DNA from: a virus
Lineage: Duplodnaviria; Caudoviricetes
Reading direction: 5' to 3' (one strand)
Virus record (IMG/VR): IMGVR_UViG_3300044970_002245
Location: 1-39,944 of that record
DNA length: 39,944 nt
Program-made: the position numbers and the translations under genes
Part shown: positions 18,448-28,487 of the stretch, piece after piece
How positions within the stretch are numbered: position 1 is the first letter of the stretch
How the letters are laid out: every line of letters begins with the position of its first letter
Notes under the pieces: model-generated
Told to the model about the DNA's origin: nothing
What the model saw: only the letters and a program-made list of their open reading frames with translations
The model's database searches: none

Positions 18448-20783
18448 GTATCCACGTATTTACTGATTTCTAAAATTTCCATAGAACCTGGTTTTGTTTG
18501 CGTTATCGAAATAATCCCATCATTATCCCATCCTCTATTCCCATAAACAGAAACAACCCCCGTATACGGAGATATAGCATTGGTTGTCGGCGTGTTGGTG
18601 ATTTTAAAGAAATTCACCTCGTTCCCATTCACATTCATAGATGTTGTATCATATACACGAATATGAATCTGATTTACATGCCTTTTAACGCCAAGCCTCG
18701 CCTCACTGGTTTCTTTTGTCAATGGTAAATCTTCTATTATAGGCGTAAAATCAAATCCAAATTCCACAAAAGAGGATGCGGGTGCCGATATTGTCGCAAT
18801 CCCATTGGTTACTGTCACATCAGGCAATAGTTTGTTATCCGCCCACACTTTGACTGTTTTACCATTAAGATAGTCCAGTCCTGAAAAAGATTGTGACGGC
18901 AAACCCGTAGTTATGCGAGTAGAGGAATCTAAAATATGATTAAAATTAAATTCCTCAATTTCAACTTCTGTGCCTCTTCTTATCGCTACATACATTTTAT
19001 CAAAAACCGTCCCCGCTTGCAAAAAATAGCCACCAGACGTTTCTCTTTCAAAAAAAGCAAAGATTTCTTCTTCTGTGGATATGTTAGCAATGGTCAACGA
19101 TCCATCGCCATTAACAATTAGCAAATATGATCCTTGATTTGTAGATATAGCTTTTCTTAAAGCCATAGAAATAGGGTTTTTTAAAAGATGGGAACTTAAT
19201 CGTGATGCAATAGGAGACGTATAGGCGGCTTGGGTGTCTGTATAAACAAATTGCCGTAAACTGGACCCGCCGCGCTGAATATAAAAAACAATTCCCTCAA
19301 TATCCGCCAACCGGACATTTTCTGCCGCACCTATGTTGGTTTGTGGGGGCAAATAAGCATTGGTCGGTGTTATCACTTCATCTAAATTTTTAGTAAACGC
19401 ATACGCCGCGCCCGTGGTAAAAACCAGTAAATCTCTACCGCCAAAAATACCCGTTATAGAATTTAACTCATTATTGGAACCCGCGACATCAATCGTAATA
19501 GCATCCGTGTCTAAAGCCGTGCCAGCATTAAAATTGTAATAATCATTGACCCGACTCCCCCAAACTGTTCTTGGCCTATCCTGAGAGCCTCCAAACCAAA
19601 GCCTACCCTCATAAAAAACAGCAGTTTTAGGCCACCCTTTACCGCCACCCCATGTGTTAATAAAATCACCCACAATGCTCCACGAGCCGCTTGTCATGGC
19701 ATCTGTATTAAAAAAAGGAATTTCCATATAGCAAATGACAGTTGTAGAATTGATATACTTCACAATCCTGCCATACCCTCCATTGCCATCAATGTATTGA
19801 TTTATATCACCAGAAACAAAGGCAGACACTGACGATGTTAATCGCACATTCCCTGAAACAGCAGAAGGCGTTAATGTGGCATTTGGAAATGCCTCGGTTT
19901 GCGTAAAATCATATTTAGGAATATAATCAAACGTAATTGTTTCAATAAGCCACGATGTATTTGAAAATCTTGTAATTTTCAAAGGTTGCAAGGTTTGCTC
20001 AACCAAAATCAAAGTGTCTGCATTCTGCGTCCAATTTAAAAAAGGTATTTTGGAATTAAAAAGTTGAGGGGCATACAAATCCACCTGATACACGCTGTTT
20101 CGATACACAGCAATGTTAAATTCCGTTACAACCAAAAGATAAGTGTCATCTGTATTAAACTCAAAATTTATGTATTTAATAGCACTTTCTGCCCCTTCGC
20201 TCCACACTTCTAATTCATCTATAGCAAGCGTGGTCGATGGCAAGTTTGTTGTTCCAATGCGAGCAATACGAATATACCGCGCGTTTGTTTGGATTCTTGC
20301 CGTATAACTCAAATCAGACGTGGTTAATGTGTCTGTCCGAATGTTTGTCCAAACGACACCATCTACACTCCGCTGAAGAATAACATCCGCAACCGATCCC
20401 GTGGAACACCGCAAGCCCGTAACACGAACATAACCAACACGAATGGAAGCCCCAATATCATACTGAACAAACACATAAGGGTTTTGCGTCCCTATATTCG
20501 TTGTCGACACAAGCTCTGTGGCCGTATTGGCATCATTGGCATTGGCTCCCGTTCCACCATTGGGCGTAGTGATAAGCGTTGGCGTGGCCCGTGTAACGCG
20601 TTTTAAGGCCCTTCCAACCCATTTTAACCCTGGACTGCGCTGTACCCCACCTTGAGGCAGCGTAAAGACGTTTAAAAGCTTTGAGGATGCGCCGTAATAG
20701 GGCTCAACATCACCACGCCCCAACATTTCAGGGTCAAGTTCACCCTTGGTCCATTTTCTTTGGTCAACTCTTACGACAGGCAT
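18444..20783 (-). CDS. Tail tubular protein B (nozzle)
   Basis: KGELDP...GR.D...Y...N...PQGG..R.PG N-terminus; WPKTAVFYEGRLWFGG...WGSRVNDYYNF. Confidence 0.88.
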   Translation of the reverse strand: MPVVRVDQRKWTKGELDPEMLGRGDVEPYYGASSKLLNVFTLPQGGVQRSPGLKWVGRALKRVTRATPTLITTPNGGTGANANDANTATELVSTTNIGTQNPYVFVQYDIGASIRVGYVRVTGLRCSTGSVADVILQRSVDGVVWTNIRTDTLTTSDLSYTARIQTNARYIRIARIGTTNLPSTTLAIDELEVWSEGAESAIKYINFEFNTDDTYLLVVTEFNIAVYRNSVYQVDLYAPQLFNSKIPFLNWTQNADTLILVEQTLQPLKITRFSNTSWLIETITFDYIPKYDFTQTEAFPNATLTPSAVSGNVRLTSSVSAFVSGDINQYIDGNGGYGRIVKYINSTTVICYMEIPFFNTDAMTSGSWSIVGDFINTWGGGKGWPKTAVFYEGRLWFGGSQDRPRTVWGSRVNDYYNFNAGTALDTDAITIDVAGSNNELNSITGIFGGRDLLVFTTGAAYAFTKNLDEVITPTNAYLPPQTNIGAAENVRLADIEGIVFYIQRGGSSLRQFVYTDTQAAYTSPIASRLSSHLLKNPISMALRKAISTNQGSYLLIVNGDGSLTIANISTEEEIFAFFERETSGGYFLQAGTVFDKMYVAIRRGTEVEIEEFNFNHILDSSTRITTGLPSQSFSGLDYLNGKTVKVWADNKLLPDVTVTNGIATISAPASSFVEFGFDFTPIIEDLPLTKETSEARLGVKRHVNQIHIRVYDTTSMNVNGNEVNFFKITNTPTTNAISPYTGVVSVYGNRGWDNDGIISITQTKPGSMEILEISKYVDT

Positions 20784-21409
20784 TAATAACCATAGCCTCG
20801 CCACCCATAACGAGAGGCAATAATAGGGTTGCCATTAAGCATAACTGGGGGCTTTTGACGGGAATCTGAACCCACCGCCCGTGCAAATAATCCGCCCTTT
20901 CTTACCGATTGCTGGGGACCATAAGCTTTTTCATCATACAATCTTGCCAAATCAGCATTGTGCGTCACAGGCACGGCAATGGTTGCTGCAAGGGCATTGA
21001 CGGCAAATTCCGCAAAATAGCCAGGCCAAAGATTTTCCTCTTTGTAAACAGAATACTGTGCTATAATGGGGTCATCGTAATTGCAAAGGACAAAATCCTC
21101 TAGGGTGTCAAAATCTGTAATGGCTTGAGCATGATATTCTAGGGAATTAAATAGCTTAAAAATATACAAAGCCTGATCGGGCCGCACATATTGAAAAGAA
21201 AATTCATTAAGAGGATTGCTGCTGTATTGCTCTAGCTGCACCTTGCGCGTGGCAAAAGACCAGGGAAATACACTAAACATATTCCGAATAAACTGGTCAT
21301 AATGATCGTTTATGATGTTGGCTTCATTGGTGCCTTCATCAAAACTTGAAATAGTGTTGGCCCCCAAAAGGGATAGGGCTTGCGATGCGATGCTTTCACG
21401 CGAACTCAT
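20783..21409 (-). CDS. Tail tubular protein A (adaptor)
   Basis: IASQALSLLGANTISSFDE...EA...Y...WSFATRKVQL pattern. Confidence 0.85.
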   Translation of the reverse strand: MSSRESIASQALSLLGANTISSFDEGTNEANIINDHYDQFIRNMFSVFPWSFATRKVQLEQYSSNPLNEFSFQYVRPDQALYIFKLFNSLEYHAQAITDFDTLEDFVLCNYDDPIIAQYSVYKEENLWPGYFAEFAVNALAATIAVPVTHNADLARLYDEKAYGPQQSVRKGGLFARAVGSDSRQKPPVMLNGNPIIASRYGWRGYGY

Positions 21410-21424
21410 AACAAGCCCAAATTA

Positions 21425-21757
21425 TTAAGTGTTTGTTAAACCAATAGATGATCCGTCCGATAAGTCCACAACACCGTTGACGCTCGTTAAGACAACCATG
21501 TTTTGATAACCAGAAATAGTAACGGCAGCGTTTGTCTCAAAATCAGCACCTGAGTAACTGGTAATTGTCACTAGATCGCCCTTTCTAAGAAGATTAGCTG
21601 CATTGTTAAAATATCCACTGGCACGACATGTGGTAATAGAATCCGATGTTCCATAAGTAAATTGCATAGGAGCGCGGCGAGCCACGCCCGATGTAATAAC
21701 TGATGTTCCTGAGTGTTCGCCCCCAACGGAAACGAGATTTCTTGCGATATAAGGCAT
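21425..21757 (-). CDS. Minor capsid/decoration protein
   Basis: 110 aa between the major capsid and tail A; SGYFNNA..LL..GDLV motif. Confidence 0.6.
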   Translation of the reverse strand: MPYIARNLVSVGGEHSGTSVITSGVARRAPMQFTYGTSDSITTCRASGYFNNAANLLRKGDLVTITSYSGADFETNAAVTISGYQNMVVLTSVNGVVDLSDGSSIGLTNT

Positions 21758-21765
21758 AAGTTCTC

Positions 21766-22647
21766 CTAAACTGCTTCGTCAATTAAGTATCTGTAAATTC
21801 CTTCTTTTCCAGCTTGCGTACTGCCAATACCAACAGCACCTACCGAAACAGAAGCCATAATCTGCCATGAATCTTCACGGTCAATCATAGACACTTTTGT
21901 GCGAATGTCTCGATTAAAAGCAAGACCTACATGATCCGCACAAACAGCAAAGTTTGTCCGCACGTTTGTTGTACCGTTAAACGGCAATCCACCTTCCGGT
22001 GTATCTAAGTTACCCATGACAATAAACTCAAAACCAAGGTAAGATTTGCCCGTTAAATCACCTGTGGACCCCATAAGAGCCATCAAAGTGTTAAAATCAG
22101 CACTTGTTACCGTGCTTTGCTGCAAAGCCGCTTTTAAGCTGTTTGGGTGAACAACAAAGTAACGCCCTTGCTGCGGCATGTTCAATCGGTCAAAAATGTT
22201 TGCCAACTCAATCATGTTTGCCAATGTCCAGTTTGTGCCATCCGCACCCACTGAAATTGTGGCACTTGCACCCGCATTCATAGCATTGATAATGACCTGT
22301 TCAATACGGTTAATCACCGCTGATCTGGCTGCTTTAATCAAATACGATTTCAAATCATATGTAATACGATCCATTTCCGTGTCATCAAGCATTGTGACGG
22401 CATCAAACACGCTAATAGTCGCAACAACGTGGCTTTGGGCCACATCTTGAGCCTGTAACGGGCCAGCACCCACTGTACGCTGGTTTGTCGTCATTAAACC
22501 AACTCTGTTAAACGTGGTGGTTGAACCCACAACACCTTGACGAACCTGGCATATTTTCCGTAATTTTGTATCTTCTAATGTTGCATCGAGTTTTGTTTTT
22601 AGATCAAACTCAATAGCAAAGTTATTGGCCTGCTGTAAAGACGACAT
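21766..22647 (-). CDS. Major capsid protein
   Basis: Position after the scaffold; HK97-like features (GSTTTFNRVG, GRYFVVHP, YLGFEFI, VGLAFNRDIRTKV). Confidence 0.85.
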   Translation of the reverse strand: MSSLQQANNFAIEFDLKTKLDATLEDTKLRKICQVRQGVVGSTTTFNRVGLMTTNQRTVGAGPLQAQDVAQSHVVATISVFDAVTMLDDTEMDRITYDLKSYLIKAARSAVINRIEQVIINAMNAGASATISVGADGTNWTLANMIELANIFDRLNMPQQGRYFVVHPNSLKAALQQSTVTSADFNTLMALMGSTGDLTGKSYLGFEFIVMGNLDTPEGGLPFNGTTNVRTNFAVCADHVGLAFNRDIRTKVSMIDREDSWQIMASVSVGAVGIGSTQAGKEGIYRYLIDEAV

Positions 22648-22744
22648 AAGTCCCTCTTTTTAAATTGATTTTTCACGATCAACGAGAGGGCTATTTTTTT
22701 ATTAGGGGCAAGATGCGGGCCTAAAAATAGGTCGTTTTTTTATC

Positions 22745-22773
22745 AACATAAAACAACAATAACGCTTTGTAAA
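22745..22773 (-). promoter_or_regulatory. sigma70-like promoter for the capsid gene
   Basis: TTTACA-17-TATGTT, ~90-nt leader. Confidence 0.55.
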
Positions 22774-22776
22774 TAT

Positions 22777-23622
22777 CTATTTTTGCATGCGTTTTTTTTG
22801 TTCCCCGTATTGCTCTATCATTCGTTGGGTTTCTTGATAAAATGCTGAATTTGTTGCGTTTCTTCTATCATCAAGACGATCTTTTAAAGCATCTTCCGTG
22901 ATAACACCAAAAGACGATGCTTTCACATCAAAATTCGTAATGGCCGTCTTTTGCCCAAACATCTTGGTAAACATCTTATCTAAAACCAACACACCATCCG
23001 CCGATGACCCTAGGCCATTTTGAATCAAGTCTAACTCTGATTCTGTAAAGATGTTCTGCGATTTAATGGTTTGAAGGTTGGCTCTTACGTTGGCAATAAT
23101 TCTATCCGCGCCATCTCCTAATTTTTGAAATTCTGCTTGCTTGGCTTCGGCAATCTCTTTTTGTTGGGCCTCAATCTCTTCAGGCGTTGGCTCTCTGTTA
23201 TCTAAGTTGATCCCGTATTCATGTAACTGGGGAATAATTCTTCCCATAAAATTATTAAATTGCTCTTGAGAAAGGCCAGACTCAAACGCTGCTGCTTTGG
23301 CAAAATCCACCATTTCTTCGTTTAATTCACCGTCTGCCAACGTTTCCTTAAAAGTGTCTGGCAATTCAAAGGCATATTTTGTGGCATCGTCAGGCACGTT
23401 CTGCCAACCTTTAGCCAGTTTGTCCCGCAATCCTTTGGCGCGTTTTTCTGCATCATCATAGGATTTTAACAAATCATCCGTTTTAAGGGCATTTTTCTCT
23501 GCATCCCAGAAAGATTCAGGGATATTATCAGGACGGGTAACAATAGTAGGCTCTTGGCCTTCTGTGGTGGCAACAGGGGCCGCTAAAGACGCATCGCCTA
23601 ACAAACTTTCAGCATCACTCAT
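22777..23622 (-). CDS. Capsid assembly scaffolding protein
   Basis: RPDNIPESFWD...LLKSY...EK, P...Y, A...GLSQEQF; acidic and helical. Confidence 0.8.
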   Translation of the reverse strand: MSDAESLLGDASLAAPVATTEGQEPTIVTRPDNIPESFWDAEKNALKTDDLLKSYDDAEKRAKGLRDKLAKGWQNVPDDATKYAFELPDTFKETLADGELNEEMVDFAKAAAFESGLSQEQFNNFMGRIIPQLHEYGINLDNREPTPEEIEAQQKEIAEAKQAEFQKLGDGADRIIANVRANLQTIKSQNIFTESELDLIQNGLGSSADGVLVLDKMFTKMFGQKTAITNFDVKASSFGVITEDALKDRLDDRRNATNSAFYQETQRMIEQYGEQKKRMQK

Positions 23623-23899
23623 TGGGTGTTTCCTTTCCAAATTGTATCATTTTGATGATTTCACGAACGATATTATTCTGCCCCTCTCGTGCATAGGCAG
23701 TCCTTTCGGCATTCTCTCCATAACCAGGATTCCAGCAAGGCTGGTCCAATGTTTTTGATTTCAAGAACGCCAAAACTCTTTCCCCTGCTGGGGAATTAAA
23801 TACATGGTAAAAATCCAAAGCCAGCCTTTTATGTTGCTGTAAAATAGGGTTTTCTTTTTGCCCTTTTAAGGTAAAATTCAAAGGATTGTCTAAATTCAT
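23615..23899 (-). CDS. Bbp19-like protein
   Basis: VFNSPAGERVLAFL...AYAREGQNNIVREI motif between portal and scaffold. Confidence 0.75.
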   Translation of the reverse strand: MNLDNPLNFTLKGQKENPILQQHKRLALDFYHVFNSPAGERVLAFLKSKTLDQPCWNPGYGENAERTAYAREGQNNIVREIIKMIQFGKETPNE

Positions 23900-25497
23900 G
23901 CAACGCCTAACGGTTGTGGTTGACTTTGTTGTTGTATTTGCGCCGCACCCTGCGCCGCCGCCTGTTGTATCATTGTTTGCAATTCTGTCAATTTATCTTC
24001 AGTTAAAACAAGGCCATTGGGTGCTCCTAGCTTGTTAAAAATATAATGGATTATTTTTGGAAAATTTATTGCCATTTGTGCAATCTCTGGCGACATGCCT
24101 TGTACAATACTAAACGCTTGCGTTAACGCTTGCACATCCTGAACAGACTGCAAACGCGATATAGGGCTGGTGATTTTGATCTTTAAAGCATAACCATTGA
24201 GCCAATCCGCAAGGTTAATGCCCTTGATAGCCCCTAACTCTTTCTGCAAAATACCGTTCAAATGACCACTTTCTTGCAATATCGAAACAATACGGCGCGT
24301 GGCTGGCATTACATCCTCATAATACAACTGCGGCAAGGCTGCCCCAATGTCTGTTTCCAGTTCTTTCAACCGTTCGGCAATCTCAAACGCTGTTTTAGGT
24401 TGCGCTGTTTCAGGAGGCAATCGACGATCTAGCATAATCTGCCTAACCTGATCTTGCATCCCTGAAATCATATATTCCTGTGACTGGAAATTTCCCACAT
24501 TTGGAAACGGCGCAATGCTTGGACCATCTGGCCCACCATTTCGCTCTACGGGAAAGAATGACATGGGCTGCATAACCCAATTTGTCGGGTTCATCGTGTC
24601 CATACCCGCCACAGTATAGGCCCCAAACGTGCTAAACGCCGCTGATTGATGCTCTAACATTCGCAAAGAGTTCAATTGCCGAATGTCCGATAAAGCCAAC
24701 GTGAACGGCCCTACACCAAACGATTGCCCTGGTATCGTCAACCATCGCGGCGTGATGCGTGGACACTCACGGTAAGGGATACTAAGCATCTTGTGCTTTA
24801 GCTGGTGGTGAATAACCTCAAAATACCATAGCTTCTTTTCATCCGACCAATAGACAGCCTCCACAATCTTGATATTGACATCAGGCTTTTCTTTAATGCT
24901 CCGCTCTATTTCCCCCGTTAAATCTAACTGGCCCCCATAAATGGCTTTCAAGTCACAATTTTTGACGGTTTTATCAATAAATTTCATGCTGATAAAACCA
25001 TCGGCACGACTAACAAGGCTTAAATCCACAAGCGGCTGATCCAAAAACAGCAAGGGGTTTTCATTGCGATTCGGATTTGGCATGATGTCATAACATCCCG
25101 TGCCAATACCAAGATCAAAATATACCCTTGGCTTAATCGCCGCATAATTGCTGGTTTCAATAAACGAAAACACGAGTTCATTTATTTTTTCCAAGGCACT
25201 ATCAAACGTATTGCGGTATTCATCAGGCATACCAGGGCCAACCTCAAGTTCAACCCATCGCGTAAACTGCGGCGTAAACTTCTTTGAAAGGGTGTTGATG
25301 AAATTGATAGCAGACACAAGCGGCGTGCTGTCATGCTGCAAGGTGTTTGATTGATTCGCTTCGTGCGATGAGTTTTTGTTATAGGTGTTTTTGAACGGGT
25401 GAACGTAGTTTATCACCTCTTCAAACAAAGACCTGTTTTCGTCTTTTTCGCCTTGGGCTTTTTGGTGTCTTTTTAAGACTGTTTCAACGTCTAACAT
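23896..25497 (-). CDS. Portal (head-to-tail connector) protein
   Basis: DST, SNY...YFDLGIGTG, PRW....GQSFGVGP...AL.DI..LN, TAFEIAER, SPISRLQ motifs. Confidence 0.9.
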   Translation of the reverse strand: MLDVETVLKRHQKAQGEKDENRSLFEEVINYVHPFKNTYNKNSSHEANQSNTLQHDSTPLVSAINFINTLSKKFTPQFTRWVELEVGPGMPDEYRNTFDSALEKINELVFSFIETSNYAAIKPRVYFDLGIGTGCYDIMPNPNRNENPLLFLDQPLVDLSLVSRADGFISMKFIDKTVKNCDLKAIYGGQLDLTGEIERSIKEKPDVNIKIVEAVYWSDEKKLWYFEVIHHQLKHKMLSIPYRECPRITPRWLTIPGQSFGVGPFTLALSDIRQLNSLRMLEHQSAAFSTFGAYTVAGMDTMNPTNWVMQPMSFFPVERNGGPDGPSIAPFPNVGNFQSQEYMISGMQDQVRQIMLDRRLPPETAQPKTAFEIAERLKELETDIGAALPQLYYEDVMPATRRIVSILQESGHLNGILQKELGAIKGINLADWLNGYALKIKITSPISRLQSVQDVQALTQAFSIVQGMSPEIAQMAINFPKIIHYIFNKLGAPNGLVLTEDKLTELQTMIQQAAAQGAAQIQQQSQPQPLGVA

Positions 25498-25498
25498 G

Positions 25499-25909
25499 CT
25501 AACCAATCAATTTTTTTACGGTCATTCCTCTAAAGCGTGGTCTTTTCAAGCCACCACTTACAGGTGTTCCTAAAGGTTTATCAACCAACAAAGATTGTTC
25601 CGGCATTGCATAAAGTCTGCGTCGCGGGTCATCTGGCTTTATATCTGCGGTTCTTACCCGACTAAATTTTGTGCGTTCCGCTAAAATCTGGTCAGGAGAC
25701 ATATTCAGACGCGGATCATTTGGCTTTATGTCTGCGGTTGTTGCTGTTGTTGGTTCATTCCTATCCCCTCTAGGGGCTTCAATAATGGGCTGTTGCGGCT
25801 GTGGGATTTTAGGCTTTAAAATGCCTGTAACTGGTTTAAGGATATTCTCTATTGGTTTTGTTAGTGGTTTAATAATTTTAGTAAGAGGTTTTGTTATTGG
25901 TCTTGACAT
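25499..25909 (-). CDS. Hypothetical Pro/Lys-rich protein
   Basis: KP repeats; duplicated TADIKP(N/D)DPR. Confidence 0.55.
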   Translation of the reverse strand: MSRPITKPLTKIIKPLTKPIENILKPVTGILKPKIPQPQQPIIEAPRGDRNEPTTATTADIKPNDPRLNMSPDQILAERTKFSRVRTADIKPDDPRRRLYAMPEQSLLVDKPLGTPVSGGLKRPRFRGMTVKKLIG

Positions 25910-25912
25910 AAT

Positions 25913-26188
25913 TTACCCCATTAACCCTGATAATCCAGTTTCACCCGTTGCAATTAAAGAACGCGCTCCGCTTCTGCCCCGCAATGCTCTTAATTGCTCA
26001 GCTCGCAGTCTTTTTTGTTCGTTTTCTTGGTCTTTTAACGTGTTTTCTTGCTGCACTTGCACTTGCGCTATTTTGTCCTGTTCCACAGTTTGTTCTTTGG
26101 CCACACTTTGGGCTACTTTCTTTTGTTTTTTGGCGGCATAAGTGCCCGCGATTGCTCCAAACGCCAAAGGCAAAACACTGCTAACCAT
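25913..26188 (-). CDS. Small pre-portal virion protein
   Basis: Coiled coil plus RGRSGARSLIATGETGL, typical of genes upstream of podovirus portals; AGGAG RBS. Confidence 0.65.
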   Translation of the reverse strand: MVSSVLPLAFGAIAGTYAAKKQKKVAQSVAKEQTVEQDKIAQVQVQQENTLKDQENEQKRLRAEQLRALRGRSGARSLIATGETGLSGLMG

Positions 26189-26687
26189 TTGAATGCTCCT
26201 TAACCACAAAAGACCCATTTTTTACCAAGTATTTATACAATCCATAAGGACTTTTTATCTTTTCCGCAATACCTAAGACATTACAAGCCACATGATGACA
26301 TAAATTCCCGCTGTGTATCGTCTTCTTGTAAAACCTTTTGGGCGATATTGTTGTCTTAACGGACACAATGGCGTTGCTTTGTGGATATTCTTTTTTCAAA
26401 ACAACCCCAAAAGCCTCTTGCTCTGTTAGCAAAAGAGATTGAGACAGTGCCCCCATACGCTGCGCGTCCAAATAATAGCCCCATTGCGTACGACTCAAAC
26501 AAACGTACATATCCGCCTTTTTCAGAAAAATATACACATGGCCAAAATCATTAAAATCACCTTTGCCTTTATCGTAAAGCCATGACAAAGCCCTAAACCT
26601 TACCCTGTCCCATCGTGTGGTAAATTCAGACTTATCAAAAGGCAAAAACACTAAATAGAATTCCTGTTTAATGCGTAGGCTTCTCAT
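26181..26687 (-). CDS. Hypothetical protein, possible permuted papain-like (His before Cys) fold
   Basis: FGHVYIF ... NLCHHVACNVLGI ... SPYGLYKYL. Confidence 0.5.
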   Translation of the reverse strand: MRSLRIKQEFYLVFLPFDKSEFTTRWDRVRFRALSWLYDKGKGDFNDFGHVYIFLKKADMYVCLSRTQWGYYLDAQRMGALSQSLLLTEQEAFGVVLKKEYPQSNAIVSVKTTISPKRFYKKTIHSGNLCHHVACNVLGIAEKIKSPYGLYKYLVKNGSFVVKEHSNG

Positions 26688-28012
26688 CAGTAGAACCTAT
26701 AGTTGGCGTTAAGTACCACGGGCTTAGTAAACTTCGGCTTACCCTTGGCAAGCTGTTCAAAAAGCTGCGAGAATCCCCACACAAGCGCATCCACCCTATC
26801 AGGCGATCCCTCCCCATCATATCCCGCCGCCGTCATTTTGCACATCTGCGCCTCTAAATCAGGAAACGTGCCCACATGGGATATACGGCCAAGGTTATAT
26901 AAGGCACTGATAGGCTCCGCCCTCACATGCTTACCCTTTGACGCTCTTACCTCTATCACACGCACGTTGGGACGCACGGCCATGATGGTATTCTTGACCA
27001 TTAAACCACCCTGATTTACCTCTGCCACAATAGCATCAGCCTGATATTGGTCATAAACGGCTATGGCTCTTTGTGCCCATTGTGCAGGTGTGCCTTTCAA
27101 ACTCACATCATCCAAAACATACCCGCGCCCATCTGCTCCCTTGCCCACAACAATAATACCGTTTTCGTCTGCATTCTCTCCCGCTGTCACACTAGGGTCA
27201 ACAGCGACAAGGATACGCTCCATTTCTGGCTTTTCCCATCGCCTACCTTCATGGATGATCTGTCGCGACCATATAGCCCCTACGGCTGTCGGTTCGTATT
27301 CACCAAGCCATATATGGCCATATCTGTCTGGTTTGAATTGCTGGTCATAAAGCCGCTCTTCGTTTAGAACATCGGGCATCCAAGGGTTGTCGTTGTAGTT
27401 GGCCTTGATGACAATGGCATCCTTTGGTGGATTCTCACACCGCAAGAGTTGATCGACTGGATCACTGGCGTTTCTTGGGTTCCACGTAAACCACAATTCA
27501 CTGCCTATCTTTCGAATGGTTGGCCGCAATATCTCCAGTGACCTGCTTGACATGGTTTGGGCCTCTTCACACCATGCAATGTCAAAGCCTTCAAGAGATT
27601 TGATACTTTCGGCCGTGTGGTCCTGCATCCCTGCAAAGATAATCAATCCATTTCCGGGTGTGATAATGCGCGACGATTGCACGTTGAACGCTGAGGCAAC
27701 GCCTAGCTTGTTTATCTGGTCCACAATCAACTGGTAAACCGATTCTTTCAAGCTGTTTTGCGTCTCACGCACACACACCACACGCAATCCAGGGCGAAAA
27801 AGACACTGCGTCACCACGGCCTGTGCTGCAAAGGTTGATTTACCTGATCCCCTGCCGCCGTGAATACCTTTGTATCGTGCGGGCTGCAAGAGAGGCTGAA
27901 ACACCCTAGCAACGGGGATGTCAAGCGTGCGCCCTGTTATCTCTTCCACCTTTGGCATCTCTGCTTTGGGTGCGCGTGCTTTAGCTGTTTTGGCTTTGGT
28001 CAATTTTTGCAT
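26687..28012 (-). CDS. terL: Terminase large subunit (PBSX/Terminase_3-like)
   Basis: Walker A HGGRGSGKS, Walker B AWCEEAQ, LRPTIR, TWNP, nuclease VAVDPS...PDRVDALVW. Confidence 0.95.
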   Translation of the reverse strand: MQKLTKAKTAKARAPKAEMPKVEEITGRTLDIPVARVFQPLLQPARYKGIHGGRGSGKSTFAAQAVVTQCLFRPGLRVVCVRETQNSLKESVYQLIVDQINKLGVASAFNVQSSRIITPGNGLIIFAGMQDHTAESIKSLEGFDIAWCEEAQTMSSRSLEILRPTIRKIGSELWFTWNPRNASDPVDQLLRCENPPKDAIVIKANYNDNPWMPDVLNEERLYDQQFKPDRYGHIWLGEYEPTAVGAIWSRQIIHEGRRWEKPEMERILVAVDPSVTAGENADENGIIVVGKGADGRGYVLDDVSLKGTPAQWAQRAIAVYDQYQADAIVAEVNQGGLMVKNTIMAVRPNVRVIEVRASKGKHVRAEPISALYNLGRISHVGTFPDLEAQMCKMTAAGYDGEGSPDRVDALVWGFSQLFEQLAKGKPKFTKPVVLNANYRFY

Positions 28013-28388
28013 CTACGATCACATGCTTGATTGCTGCTAGAGCGTTAATGGTGTCCTCTACGGCCTGTCTGGATGCGTTCTTGCTCTCTAGCTTCTTGGC
28101 AAGCCTAAAGATGATCTGGGCGGCTGTGAGGCTATCAGAGTCCTTTTCGTTAAGAATGCCCCACACCACCTGCGTTGCTCTATAGCAAGCGTTCTCTGCC
28201 CATTTCTCAACGTCCCATCCTTTAGGCACTGTCGGGCTGTCTTCGTATGCTTTGCCGGTTAACAATGTGAGAGTGTCTTCCACGTCCTGCATACGTTGCG
28301 GCGTTAAGTATTTCTTCTTTGTGCTGCCTGTAGGCCGTCCAGCCCTGCGCGTGATCTCGGGCGTTTTTGATACCATCTTGCAATCCAT
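27981..28388 (-). CDS. Putative terminase small subunit
   Basis: Immediately upstream of and overlapping terL; N-terminal AGRPTGSTKK motif. Confidence 0.6.
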   Translation of the reverse strand: MDCKMVSKTPEITRRAGRPTGSTKKKYLTPQRMQDVEDTLTLLTGKAYEDSPTVPKGWDVEKWAENACYRATQVVWGILNEKDSDSLTAAQIIFRLAKKLESKNASRQAVEDTINALAAIKHVIVDAKIDQSQNS

Positions 28389-28428
28389 AATTAGGTTTTC
28401 TTATATGTATATAATACACAACAAAAAC

Positions 28429-28458
28429 AAAAAAAAGCCCTATGCAAAAGCATAAGGC
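28429..28458 (-). terminator. Intrinsic terminator upstream of the packaging operon
   Basis: GCCTTATGC-TTTT-GCATAGGGC followed by T8. Confidence 0.8.
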
Positions 28459-28487
28459 AATTTTTCGTCAAAAAAACCAGAAAGAAA

